Origin: Patescibacteria group bacterium | Lineage (GTDB): Bacteria > Patescibacteriota > Patescibacteriia > SG8-24 > DYFX01 | Assembly: GCA_041659045.1 (NCBI GenBank) | Contig: JBAZZB010000001.1 | Span: 326,111-390,110, forward strand | Direction: 5' to 3' | DNA length: 64,000 bases | Shown here: in pieces, positions 20,958 to 29,762 of the stretch | Position numbering within the stretch: position 1 is the first letter of the stretch | How the letters are laid out: every line of letters begins with the position of its first letter | Made by a program: the position numbers and the translations under genes | The notes under the pieces: model-generated | The model's input: the letters and a program-made list of their open reading frames with translations, nothing else | The model's database searches: none | Told to the model about the DNA's origin: nothing

Positions 20958-21353
20958 TCAGATGAGTTGCTGTTTCAGACGATCGAGGCGTCCTTTGATG
21001 GAGGCGTCGAGGAGAATGTCGTCGAAGCGGATGACGGCGCCGCCAATGAGGTCAGGCTCCGTCTTCCAGCGCATTTCGACTTTTGCGCCGAGCGTTTTCT
21101 CGAAGGTTTTTTCCAAACGTTCTTTGTGGTCGTCGGAGAGCGCTTCGGCGGAAGCGACCGAGATTTCGCGAACGCCTTCGGCTTTGCGAGCCTCGTGTTC
21201 GAACGCGTTGATGACGTTCGGGGCGAGATCGAGTTCGTGGCGCGACGCGAGGAGTTCGACGAAGCGCGAGATCGTGCGCTTTACGTCTTTCTCGGAGAGG
21301 CTAGCCGTCAGGCGATAGAGCGATTGGCCGTAGGTGCGGGCGGTGCTAGCCAT
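20958..21353 (-). CDS. atpH: F1 ATP synthase delta subunit (short form)
   Basis: [27 protein letters not shown]. Confidence 0.88.
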   Translation of the reverse strand: MASTARTYGQSLYRLTASLSEKDVKRTISRFVELLASRHELDLAPNVINAFEHEARKAEGVREISVASAEALSDDHKERLEKTFEKTLGAKVEMRWKTEPDLIGGAVIRFDDILLDASIKGRLDRLKQQLI

Positions 21354-21354
21354 A

Positions 21355-21906
21355 TCAGCTCTTTAGATGTTTCGTCGCTTCCTCGAGCAACGTTTTTTTC
21401 TGAGACTCCGTCAGCGTGGCACCGAGCGCTTTTTTGGCGGCGTCGACTGCGAGCTCCGCGATTTCCGCGCGCGCGCTTTGGACCATCTTGTCCTTTTCGG
21501 CGGCCAGCGTGTCTTTGCCTTGTTGGATCAAGGTCGCGAGTTCTGCTTGCGTCTTGGCTTTCGCCTCGGAGCGATGCGTGTCCGCTTGTTTCTGTGACTC
21601 TTCGAGAATGCGTTGCGCTTCGCGGCGAGCGGTGACGATCGCCTCTTCGGCCGCTTTTTCGGCGCCGCTCTTGGCGGCTGCGGCGGCTTCGGCGTCTTGC
21701 AGACCCTTGTCGATTTTGGCCGTGCGGGCGTCGATGATCTTGAGAAGCGGCTTGTAGACCCACTTCCACATGACGAACAGCACCACGGCGAAGTTGGCGA
21801 GTTGAGCAATGAACAATTTCCAGTTGACGCCGAGTGATCCGAGCACGGATTCCTTGGTGATTTCAGCGGCGGCAGTGACGAGTTCGGGAGAAACAGGAGT
21901 GGACAT
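21355..21906 (-). CDS. atpF: Fo ATP synthase subunit b
   Basis: NWKLFIAQLANF TM, KPLLKIIDAR, long coiled coil. Confidence 0.95.
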   Translation of the reverse strand: MSTPVSPELVTAAAEITKESVLGSLGVNWKLFIAQLANFAVVLFVMWKWVYKPLLKIIDARTAKIDKGLQDAEAAAAAKSGAEKAAEEAIVTARREAQRILEESQKQADTHRSEAKAKTQAELATLIQQGKDTLAAEKDKMVQSARAEIAELAVDAAKKALGATLTESQKKTLLEEATKHLKS

Positions 21907-21976
21907 AGGTGTTCAGAGTTCAGGTTTCAGGACTCAGGCAGGCTGAGTCCTGTGATCTGACCTCTGTCTCAAGGCG

Positions 21977-22195
21977 TTAGATCGTGAAGACGACGACGAG
22001 GGAGTAAATAGCGATAGCTTCGGCGAAAGCGGCGCCGAGAAGCATCGGAACGAACAGCTTGCCGGCGGATTCCGGGTTGCGGCCGATCGCTTCCATGGCC
22101 TTGCCGACGAGGTTGCCGATCGCGAGAGCCGGGGCGAAGCCGCCGATGGCCATCGTCAAACCTTTCACGAGTACGCTCATGGTCTCTGCATCCAT
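21977..22195 (-). CDS. atpE: Fo ATP synthase subunit c
   Basis: GRNPE loop, essential Glu in FAEAIAIY. Confidence 0.97.
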   Translation of the reverse strand: MDAETMSVLVKGLTMAIGGFAPALAIGNLVGKAMEAIGRNPESAGKLFVPMLLGAAFAEAIAIYSLVVVFTI

Positions 22196-22304
22196 ACGAG
22201 TTGGGTCCTTCAGGGCGACGGGGGTTGGGGTTTATCGTCGCTGAACAGACCGGCTAAGAGTGAGAATCAGATTCCGACCGAAGTCGGGAGCTGATGGCTT
22301 CCTC

Positions 22305-23153
22305 TTAGGAAGCGTGCGCGATCTGCGCGGCGTGTGCCTTCTCGTGATGTTCCTCTTCGTGATCGCCGTGTGGCTTCTCCGATAGGATCGTGAGATAGAC
22401 CAAGGCGAGCATGGCGAAAACGGTTGCCTGGATCATGCCGACGATGAGTTCAAGCGCCATGAACGGCAGCGGCACGACGTAGGAGACGAGCGAGTACATG
22501 ACGGTGATCAACACTTCTCCGGCAAAGATGTTTCCGAAAAGACGCAGCGAGAGCGAAACGACTTTGGCGATTTCCGCCGAGAGCTCGATCACGCCAACCA
22601 TCGTTTCGACCAGGCCAACCATGATGTTCACTCCCCCCTTCTTGAAATTTTTGAAGAGCGTGCCGAGCGCGATGAATTTGTTCCAATGCACGAAAAAACC
22701 GACGGTGATCATGCCGACGAAGTGCGAAACAACGACGGTGAGCAGCGCCATCGCGAGCGTCAGGTTCAAGTCGGCGTTGGCGGGACGGAAGATTGGGGCG
22801 TTTTCGATTTCGCCGTGGAGTTCGATCGTGCGGGTGATACTGCCGACGCCCGGAATCAGACCCATCCAGTTGGAGACGAGGATGAACAGGAAGAGCGTGC
22901 CGATCAGCGGCAAGAATTTTTTGGATTTTTTGCGATCCTGCGTAACCTGGTCGACGTAGCCGAGCAAAAATTCAAGCAGACCTTCGACGGCGGATTGAAA
23001 ACGATTCGGTTTGCCGGAGGTGAGCTTGGCGCGCACAAAAGCGGCAAACACCACGAACAGCCCGACGGCGATCCAGGCGTTGATCAGCGAGTTGGTAACC
23101 GGAAACGATCCAAGGTGGAAAATCGGTTCAGCGGCGATCGGTGGGATGGTCAT
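22305..23153 (-). CDS. atpB: Fo ATP synthase subunit a
   Basis: NWMGLIPG, ADLNLTLA, SLSLRLFGNIFAGE, IQATVF. Confidence 0.97.
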   Translation of the reverse strand: MTIPPIAAEPIFHLGSFPVTNSLINAWIAVGLFVVFAAFVRAKLTSGKPNRFQSAVEGLLEFLLGYVDQVTQDRKKSKKFLPLIGTLFLFILVSNWMGLIPGVGSITRTIELHGEIENAPIFRPANADLNLTLAMALLTVVVSHFVGMITVGFFVHWNKFIALGTLFKNFKKGGVNIMVGLVETMVGVIELSAEIAKVVSLSLRLFGNIFAGEVLITVMYSLVSYVVPLPFMALELIVGMIQATVFAMLALVYLTILSEKPHGDHEEEHHEKAHAAQIAHAS

Positions 23154-23400
23154 AGCGATTCACGAGGTTCTGATATTCGGTTCCGTAGGCGATGGCTTTT
23201 TTCCGGATGATCAGGATGGAGAAGCCAAAGGCAAGTGCCAAGCAGGCAAAGAGCGCGTAGGGCTTCGTTCCCCAAGACGCGTCGATCTTCGTGCCAAGCC
23301 AACCTGCTGCGACCGCAGGAACGGCGAGCGACACGCCGAAGTCTCCGATAATACGGAGACCGAACAAATAATAGGCGTGCGTTCCGTCGTTTTTCTCCAT
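23128..23400 (-). CDS. AtpZ/AtpI-family small membrane protein
   Basis: Two TMs, GWLGTKID..WGTKP, first gene of the atp operon. Confidence 0.8.
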   Translation of the reverse strand: MEKNDGTHAYYLFGLRIIGDFGVSLAVPAVAAGWLGTKIDASWGTKPYALFACLALAFGFSILIIRKKAIAYGTEYQNLVNRYDHPTDRR

Positions 23401-23417
23401 AGGTACAAGACGACGCC

Positions 23418-23446
23418 AGACTACAGTTGAATCCAGGCGTCGTCAA
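23418..23446 (-). promoter_or_regulatory. atp operon promoter
   Basis: TTGACG-17 nt-TAGTCT; overlaps a 9-bp inverted repeat at 23409-23444. Confidence 0.65.
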
Positions 23447-23472
23447 CGGTGGGCAATTTTGCTTTGCTAAGA

Positions 23473-24336
23473 TTAGCGCATTTTACGAAAAAGGCGCTTT
23501 GCATTGCTTGTCGTAGCCTCAGCGATTTCTTCGTAGGCAAGCCCTCTGAGTTCAGCAATTTTCTGTGCAACAAACTTCACGTTCAACGGCGTGTTGCGTT
23601 CTCCACGGTGCGGTACGGGCGTGAGGTAGGGCGCGTCGGTTTCGACGACGATGCGGTCGAGCGGTGCCCACTTTACGACGTCCGTTAAAAGTTCTTTGCC
23701 GGCCGCGACGTCGGACTTGCGTGGCGGATACGTGATCGTGCCACCGAAGGCCAGCATGAAACCCAGCGCCAAATAGCGCTCTGCGTCATGCTTCGTGCCG
23801 GTGAAACAATGGATCACGCCGCGGATGTGCTCGCCTTCCTTATATGAACCCCAAATCTTTTCGATCAGCGCGATTTGGTCTTCGTGCGCGTCGCGGCAAT
23901 GAATGACGACGGGAAGATCGTTCGCGATCGCCAAACGCGCGCCAGCTTCGAAGGCGGCTGCTTCCTTGGCTTTCATTTCTTCCAACGAGACGCCTTCGTA
24001 CTCGTAGTGATAATCCAAACCCATCTCCCCCACCGCCACGACTTTGGGGTGCTTCAAAAGATTTCCGTAATACTCTGGATCAAACGTTTCGTTGCGCGAT
24101 TTGAACTGCACTTCGCCCTCATCGTGATACCCGGCGAAAATGTGGGAGGGATGCAGCCCGACCGTCGCCCAGACGCCGTCGTATTTTTCCGCGAGCGCAA
24201 TCCCGTTTGCGCTCGTATCCTTTTGCGTCCCGATCGTCACCATCTGCACGCCTTCGGAAAGACAAGTACGGACGACATCATCCATGTCGTCCTTGTAGGC
24301 GTTGAAATGTACGTGGCAGTGGGTGTCGATCAACAT
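23473..24336 (-). CDS. tatD: TatD-family deoxyribonuclease
   Basis: IDTHCH, GLHP, VGEMGLDY, IHCRDA, IHCFTG, ETDAPYL. Confidence 0.95.
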   Translation of the reverse strand: MLIDTHCHVHFNAYKDDMDDVVRTCLSEGVQMVTIGTQKDTSANGIALAEKYDGVWATVGLHPSHIFAGYHDEGEVQFKSRNETFDPEYYGNLLKHPKVVAVGEMGLDYHYEYEGVSLEEMKAKEAAAFEAGARLAIANDLPVVIHCRDAHEDQIALIEKIWGSYKEGEHIRGVIHCFTGTKHDAERYLALGFMLAFGGTITYPPRKSDVAAGKELLTDVVKWAPLDRIVVETDAPYLTPVPHRGERNTPLNVKFVAQKIAELRGLAYEEIAEATTSNAKRLFRKMR

Positions 24337-24353
24337 GCACCGAGCCTACACGA

Positions 24354-24866
24354 TCAGATGACGGCTTTCAATTGCCTGACCGCTTCCGGCAGGAGCGGCA
24401 CGAGAAAACCGAAGGCTTGAAGAAGCCAGATGCCGATATTCGAGGCGGAGAGCGCCTCGGCGAAGTGCGCCGAGATCGGATAACGCGCCGCGATGTAGAG
24501 CGCGCCGCCGACAACGAGCGTTCCTTCGATAAATCCGAGTACGCCGCCCAGGATCGCGTTGAACGTTTTCATGAACGGAATGACCGACACGACCTTGAAA
24601 ACCTTTTCGATCAACCAGAAGACAAGTCCGATCAAACGGTTCACCAGGATCATGATCACAAGGAACATGATCGTTCGCGAAAGGTTGATGTTGCCGAAGA
24701 AGATGCTCGAAGCGGCTTCGCCCCAGGCGTTGTAGTAGCGTCCGGCGACGAGCACGGAAAGCACCGTACCGATGACGGCGCCGAGCGCGTGGACCAATCC
24801 AAACCACAAGCCCGCCAGCACGAAGGCGAAAACGGCGAGGATGAGGAGGAGGTCTAAGATGGTCAT
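24354..24866 (-). CDS. CvpA (colicin V production) family membrane protein
   Basis: ILDLLLI..GLWFGLV, NAILGGVLGFIEG. Confidence 0.8.
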   Translation of the reverse strand: MTILDLLLILAVFAFVLAGLWFGLVHALGAVIGTVLSVLVAGRYYNAWGEAASSIFFGNINLSRTIMFLVIMILVNRLIGLVFWLIEKVFKVVSVIPFMKTFNAILGGVLGFIEGTLVVGGALYIAARYPISAHFAEALSASNIGIWLLQAFGFLVPLLPEAVRQLKAVI

Positions 24867-26797
24867 GACTTCTTTTTACCGTGCGCCGCTTTCTTGTAGG
24901 CGTTGTGCAGGTTCTTGATATCCTCCGATTCCAGTGTTTCGGGGAGCTTGAAACCGGCTTCTGCCAACGCGTCGCGGAAACCAGCGGGCGTGGCGAACTT
25001 TCCGTCTTTTTTCTTGCCTGCGGTTTTGAGCGCCTCGACAATTGCGGGCATGGCCTCCGGATGCAACGGGTTTTCTTTAGGATCGATCAGGTTTTTTACC
25101 GTCTCGGCTTTTGCTGCAGTCGGCACTTCCTGTGCTGTCGCGGCTGGTGCCTTCATGAGGTTCTTCAGCATTTCTACGCGCGCGGCATCATCCAACACGA
25201 CGCGTTTGCTGCCGCTCTCGACGACCGGAGCGTTCATCGGAGCCGTATCGGCTTTTTCCGCCTGAACCTTCGCGCCCAAGGCCTCCTGCAATCCGGGGAT
25301 CTTGCGCGTCGGCGTTTTTGTTCCAGGGAGCTTCTCTCCGGGCGCGCCAAATTGAATCGGGATCGGTGGCTTTTCACCAACGACGATGCCTCCTTTTGAA
25401 GCGATCGCTTCCCAGGCTGCGTTACGAGCGTTCTCGATCTCGTCGTTCGACATGCGGCTGAGCGTGTCCGCTGTCTCAAATCCGTTTTCTTGAAGGAAGT
25501 CTTTTACCTCAGCGTCCGTGCGCGCTTGGCCCAGCGTCTTAAGTTGCGACTCGGCCTCGCTCGTCAGGCGTTTCCAATCGGGCGCTTCGGAGACGATCAT
25601 GGCGTCGCTCACGTCCTTATTCTTCTTCATGTCTGGCGTAAGCAAAATCGGATTCTCAGGCGTCCCCTCGGGTGCCGGAGCGTCGCCTCGCTTCAGCCGT
25701 TCGCGGCGCTTTTTCTGCTCAGCCTTTTCGTTGTTCTCGGCGTTCAGTTCGGCTACGCCACGATCAATCGCCTCTTGCACGCCGGCTTCTGAAGCCTCGG
25801 CTTCCAAAGTCTGGTTCGCTTTCCGCATCTGCTCACCGGGCGAAGGCTGTTCCGCGCCGATCCACTCGACCACAATACCGCCGACCGCGGCGATTTCATC
25901 CTTGATATCCTGGCGGCGCGCGTCGACTTCCGCATCCGTAAGTTGCGCGAGTTCTTCGGCGGGCAGCAATTTTTCTTTCACGATAAACGCACGAAGTTCC
26001 GCCGTGGTTTTCGCGGCTTCGAGATCCTTCAAGCCCTTTTCGGCAAGTTTCGAATTTTTCTCCCAATCCGGAACGAGACGCGGTTCTTCGGGTGCGAGAG
26101 GAGGTTTGCCGACAGACTTCAAATCGGGAGCCGGCTTCGGCTTCTTGATGACAAACGGTCCTTCGAGCGTTTCAATTTGGCCTCCGTCGAGCACGCGCAA
26201 GACCACGCCGCTCGGAAATTTACGGAGCGAGGTGCCGTCGGCATACTCAACGCGAATCTGACCGAGGCGTTCGTCGAACTGCACGTCGCCGATTTGGCCG
26301 TGCTCGTCGACCTGGCCAATTTTTTCCTTATACGTAAAAAGTTCCTCCACCATTTTTTGCGCCGACGCGTTGCCCTTGAGCTTCTCGAAGAGCACCGCGG
26401 CTTCGTGCTTCGCTTCAGCGCGCTTCTCGACATTCTCGTCGCGTACCACCATCTTGCCGCTTTCGGTGGTGCTCACCACTTCTTGCGCCGCACTTTGGTA
26501 GCCCGCTTTGAGTGCCGCGAGCTGGTCATCAAGTTTTTTGATCTCTGCTTCATTCATGACCCAGTTCGACGCGCGACCAAAAGCTGCCTTGGTTCTGCTC
26601 CACCAGGACTCTGTCGTTTGTGTGAATTCCGTCGCCGCTTCTTCAACCTTGGCGTCTGTCTCTTTCTTGATCGGTTCCAAGGCTTCCGATTTGGAACCAA
26701 TCTTCTCGCGACCCTTCGCGAACATGTCGCTCTCGGCTTCAGAGAGCGACTTCTTCTCAACTTCCTGCGATGCGTTCTGTTCGGCTGGGAGTGCCAT
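24863..26797 (-). CDS. hypothetical charged 644-aa protein with a duplicated ~70-aa helical domain
   Basis: Long ORF, ATGA overlap with cvpA, E/K/A/P-rich, internal repeat PDW...GGIVV. Confidence 0.8.
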   Translation of the reverse strand: MALPAEQNASQEVEKKSLSEAESDMFAKGREKIGSKSEALEPIKKETDAKVEEAATEFTQTTESWWSRTKAAFGRASNWVMNEAEIKKLDDQLAALKAGYQSAAQEVVSTTESGKMVVRDENVEKRAEAKHEAAVLFEKLKGNASAQKMVEELFTYKEKIGQVDEHGQIGDVQFDERLGQIRVEYADGTSLRKFPSGVVLRVLDGGQIETLEGPFVIKKPKPAPDLKSVGKPPLAPEEPRLVPDWEKNSKLAEKGLKDLEAAKTTAELRAFIVKEKLLPAEELAQLTDAEVDARRQDIKDEIAAVGGIVVEWIGAEQPSPGEQMRKANQTLEAEASEAGVQEAIDRGVAELNAENNEKAEQKKRRERLKRGDAPAPEGTPENPILLTPDMKKNKDVSDAMIVSEAPDWKRLTSEAESQLKTLGQARTDAEVKDFLQENGFETADTLSRMSNDEIENARNAAWEAIASKGGIVVGEKPPIPIQFGAPGEKLPGTKTPTRKIPGLQEALGAKVQAEKADTAPMNAPVVESGSKRVVLDDAARVEMLKNLMKAPAATAQEVPTAAKAETVKNLIDPKENPLHPEAMPAIVEALKTAGKKKDGKFATPAGFRDALAEAGFKLPETLESEDIKNLHNAYKKAAHGKKKS

Positions 26798-26799
26798 AG

Positions 26800-26976
26800 C
26801 TACTCTTGAAGTTCTTTGAGAAGCAGTGCGATTTCCTCGCGTTCTAAGTCGCTGATGACGCGTTTCATGATACTCAGCCGATCAGCCTCAAGCCCACGGA
26901 GCTGCGTCATAAACGCATTGTAGGCTTCCTGGAGTTTCTTTTCCTTCTCTTCGATGGACAAGTCGTTTTCAGCCAT
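26800..26976 (-). CDS. small hypothetical coiled-coil protein (58 aa)
   Basis: MAENDLSIEEKEKKLQEAY...; TATACT 8 nt before the ATG; stop 2 nt before the next ATG. Confidence 0.7.
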   Translation of the reverse strand: MAENDLSIEEKEKKLQEAYNAFMTQLRGLEADRLSIMKRVISDLEREEIALLLKELQE

Positions 26977-26994
26977 ATGTCCACAGTATACAAC

Positions 26995-27024
26995 ACGACA
27001 CGTCGTTCGCGAACGACGTGTCGT
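26995..27024. repeat. perfect 30-bp palindrome with no spacer
   Basis: ACGACACGTCGTTCG followed by its exact reverse complement CGAACGACGTGTCGT. Confidence 0.9.
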
Positions 27025-27029
27025 ATCAG

Positions 27030-28526
27030 TTATGCGGCCAGTCGGGGGAAGAGGATATCGCCTTTTTTGACGACGGAGCCGGTGACGAGACCTCCCCAAG
27101 CCTGTGCTACCGGCAGTTTGACGGTAGACGGGTCGATCGAGAGCTGGGCAAGGACCTTTTCCGCGCCCGCCGGAATGACGGGTAAGAGCGCCACGGCAAT
27201 GTGCCGGAGCGCCTCGGCGATTTGGTACATGAAGGGAGAGACATCAATGCCCTCTTTTGCTTTCTTGAACGGCGCTTCGATGTCGATCGCCTGGTTGACG
27301 GAGGTGACGTAGTGCTCAAGCACGCGCATCGCCTCGTCGAAATGGTAGGCATCGAGCGCAGCTTCGTAGGCTTTCCAGAAGGTCGGCGTCTCAAAGCGGT
27401 CTTCGGTGACAGCCGGAGCTTTGCCTTCGCAATACTTCTCCACCATCGTGGCGGTGCGGGCAGCGAGGTTGCCGACGCCATTCACAAGTTTGGCGGTGTA
27501 CGTTTCCTCGAAGTGTTTTTTCGAGTAATCGCCGTCTTCATAGGAAGGCAGCGCACCCAGGAGGAAGTAGCGGAGCGGATCGGTGCCGTACTGCGCGACG
27601 AGGTCGTAGGGATTCACGACGTTGCCGAGCGACTTCGACATTTTCTGGCCGTCGGCGGTGATGAAGCCGTGGATGAAAATCTGTTTCGAGAGCGGAATGC
27701 CAGCCGAAAGCAGCATGCCCTGCCACATGGCGGATTGCTGACGAAGATTGTCCTTGCCGGCGACCTGGATGTTCGGCCAGAACTCGGCGTATTTTTCGTC
27801 AGGCCAACCCAGCGTCGAAATATAGTTCACGAGCGCGTCGAACCAGACGTACATGACGTGCGCTTCGTCACCCGGAACCGCAATACCCCACGGCATCTTT
27901 TCTTTGAGGCGCGAGATGCTGAAATCCTGAAGGCCACCCTCGACGAACTTTGAAATTTCGTGAAGACGGCTCTCTGGCATGACGAACTGCGGATTCTCCT
28001 TGTAGTGCTTCAAAAGCGCGTCCTGGTATTTCGACCAGCGGAAGAAATAGTTTTCCTCGTCGCGATTTTCGATTTCAAGCTTTGGGTGGATCGGGCACTT
28101 ACCTTCGACGAGTTCCGAGTCGGTTTTTTCCAATTCGCAACCGACGCAGTACTTTACTTGATACTGCTTCTTATAGATGTCACCCGCCGCGTCGCAGCGT
28201 TTCCAAAATTCCTGAGCAGCTTTGACATGATGCTCGTCGGTCGTGCGAATGAAATGCGTGTACGTCAAATTGAGCGCTTCTTTCAAGCCGTGAAACCTCG
28301 CGGCGTACTGGTCGCAGTACGCTTTCGGATCCATGCCGGCTTCCGTCGCGTTCTTCCAGATTTTTTGACCGTGCTCGTCGGTGCCGGTGTTGAAGACGAC
28401 CTGCTCCCCCTTCAAGCGGTGCCAGCGCGCGAGCACGTCGGCTTGAATGATTTCCAACGCGAAGCCGATATGCGGATCGGCGTTGACGTATGGAAGCGTC
28501 GTAGTGATGGAGTAAGAGGTTTTCAT
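27030..28526 (-). CDS. metG: methionyl-tRNA synthetase (short form)
   Basis: LPYVNADPHIG, GTDEHGQK, YVWFDAL, KMSKS. Confidence 0.97.
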   Translation of the reverse strand: MKTSYSITTTLPYVNADPHIGFALEIIQADVLARWHRLKGEQVVFNTGTDEHGQKIWKNATEAGMDPKAYCDQYAARFHGLKEALNLTYTHFIRTTDEHHVKAAQEFWKRCDAAGDIYKKQYQVKYCVGCELEKTDSELVEGKCPIHPKLEIENRDEENYFFRWSKYQDALLKHYKENPQFVMPESRLHEISKFVEGGLQDFSISRLKEKMPWGIAVPGDEAHVMYVWFDALVNYISTLGWPDEKYAEFWPNIQVAGKDNLRQQSAMWQGMLLSAGIPLSKQIFIHGFITADGQKMSKSLGNVVNPYDLVAQYGTDPLRYFLLGALPSYEDGDYSKKHFEETYTAKLVNGVGNLAARTATMVEKYCEGKAPAVTEDRFETPTFWKAYEAALDAYHFDEAMRVLEHYVTSVNQAIDIEAPFKKAKEGIDVSPFMYQIAEALRHIAVALLPVIPAGAEKVLAQLSIDPSTVKLPVAQAWGGLVTGSVVKKGDILFPRLAA

Positions 28527-28530
28527 GATG

Positions 28531-29067
28531 TTATGGCTTTTGGAAATGCTGATAATCAATCGGTTCTGTCCAGCGGCCTCCCCACGTCCAGCCGCGGCTT
28601 TCAAGAAACGCGACAATGAAAGAATCCGCCGAGATCGTGCCTGGCCTGTCGAGGTCGTACGTGGCGCCCTGGGGTTCGATGCGACCCTCGCGAATATAGG
28701 GGTTTCTCGCGGGATTGAGATCGATTGCGCGTCCGTAGGCATGGTAGGACAGGCGGTCCGTTCCGGCAATCGTTCGATAGTTGAAGCCGGAAGAGTTGTC
28801 GGCCGCCATCATTTTTTCGTCGCTCCAGGCAAAGCGCGGGTCGGATGCCGGAATGACGCTGGCCAGAGGAAATCGACGTCGCTGCATTTCTTCGAAGAGT
28901 GCGCGCACGTCTTCGGCGACATCTTGGTGCACGACGATGATGCCGTCGCAATTATGTTCGTCGAAGTCGACATACGGCACCGTGAGCGAGACAAGCGCAC
29001 GATGAATCTCTTCTGGCGCATCCGGATGGAAGACGCTCGCGTCACCGACCTTCAACGGCAATGACAT
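28531..29067 (-). CDS. M15-family peptidoglycan metallopeptidase
   Basis: FNYRTIAG..LSYHAYGRAIDLN, WGGRW..DYQHF; start uncertain. Confidence 0.85.
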   Translation of the reverse strand: MSLPLKVGDASVFHPDAPEEIHRALVSLTVPYVDFDEHNCDGIIVVHQDVAEDVRALFEEMQRRRFPLASVIPASDPRFAWSDEKMMAADNSSGFNYRTIAGTDRLSYHAYGRAIDLNPARNPYIREGRIEPQGATYDLDRPGTISADSFIVAFLESRGWTWGGRWTEPIDYQHFQKP

Positions 29068-29719
29068 ACTCGCCTTTGATCGGCTCTGATTTCAAAAGCT
29101 CCGACGCGTCCTTCATTTTTCCGTAGCGCACCGACTCGAACATCTTCGTGAGCTCGCGACCGATGACGATTTTACGATCGCCGTCGCACAAGGCGGAAAG
29201 TTCCGTCATGGCTTTCTCGACGCGGTGCGGGCTTTCGTAAAACACCGAGGTCCGTTCTTCATCGGCGATTTGTTTCCAAAAAGCGGTGCGGCCTTTTTTG
29301 TGAGGCGGGAATCCTTGAAAGACGAAACTGCCGGCCGCGAGACCTGAAACGGAGAGCAGCGTGGCGATAGCGGATGGCCCCGGAATCGGAACAATTTTCA
29401 CGGCGCTGCCGGCTTCGCGCACGAGTTCGGTGACGAAGTGGGCACCCGGATCGGAGATCCCTGGCGTGCCCGCGTCCGAAACGAGCGCCATCGTCTCCCC
29501 CGCCGTGATGCGTGCAACAAGCGCGCGAAGTTTCGAAGGGCCGGTGTACTCGTGATAGCTCGTCGTTTGCGATTTGATTTCGAAATGCGTGAGGAGCTTG
29601 CGCGTCACGCGCGTATCTTCGCACAACACCAACTGTGCCTCGCTGAGCGCAGCGATGGCGCGCGGGCTGAAATCACCCAAGTTTCCGATCGGCGTCGCGA
29701 CGACGTAGAGAAGTCCCAT
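29042..29719 (-). CDS. rsmI: 16S rRNA (cytidine1402-2'-O)-methyltransferase
   Basis: LYVVATPIGNL, CEDTR, VSDAGTPGISDPG, YESPHR, RELTK. Confidence 0.97.
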   Translation of the reverse strand: MGLLYVVATPIGNLGDFSPRAIAALSEAQLVLCEDTRVTRKLLTHFEIKSQTTSYHEYTGPSKLRALVARITAGETMALVSDAGTPGISDPGAHFVTELVREAGSAVKIVPIPGPSAIATLLSVSGLAAGSFVFQGFPPHKKGRTAFWKQIADEERTSVFYESPHRVEKAMTELSALCDGDRKIVIGRELTKMFESVRYGKMKDASELLKSEPIKGEYVIAVEGR

Positions 29720-29736
29720 ATAATCGCAGACTATAG

Positions 29737-29762
29737 AAAAAACCCTCGAGTGTCGAGGGTTG
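29737..29762 (-). terminator. terminator after add
   Basis: AACCCTCGA-GTG-TCGAGGGTT with a T run on the minus strand. Confidence 0.7.

Noticed and set aside
19562-20965. 467-aa plus-strand ORF
   Set aside because: Antisense to atpA
21977-22195. Na+-coupled ATP synthase
   Set aside because: Subunit c has EA rather than ES/T after the essential Glu and no Gln at the Na+ ligand position
22196-22304. tRNA or named ncRNA in the atpB-atpE spacer
   Set aside because: Hairpins only; no cloverleaf, T-loop or riboswitch consensus visible
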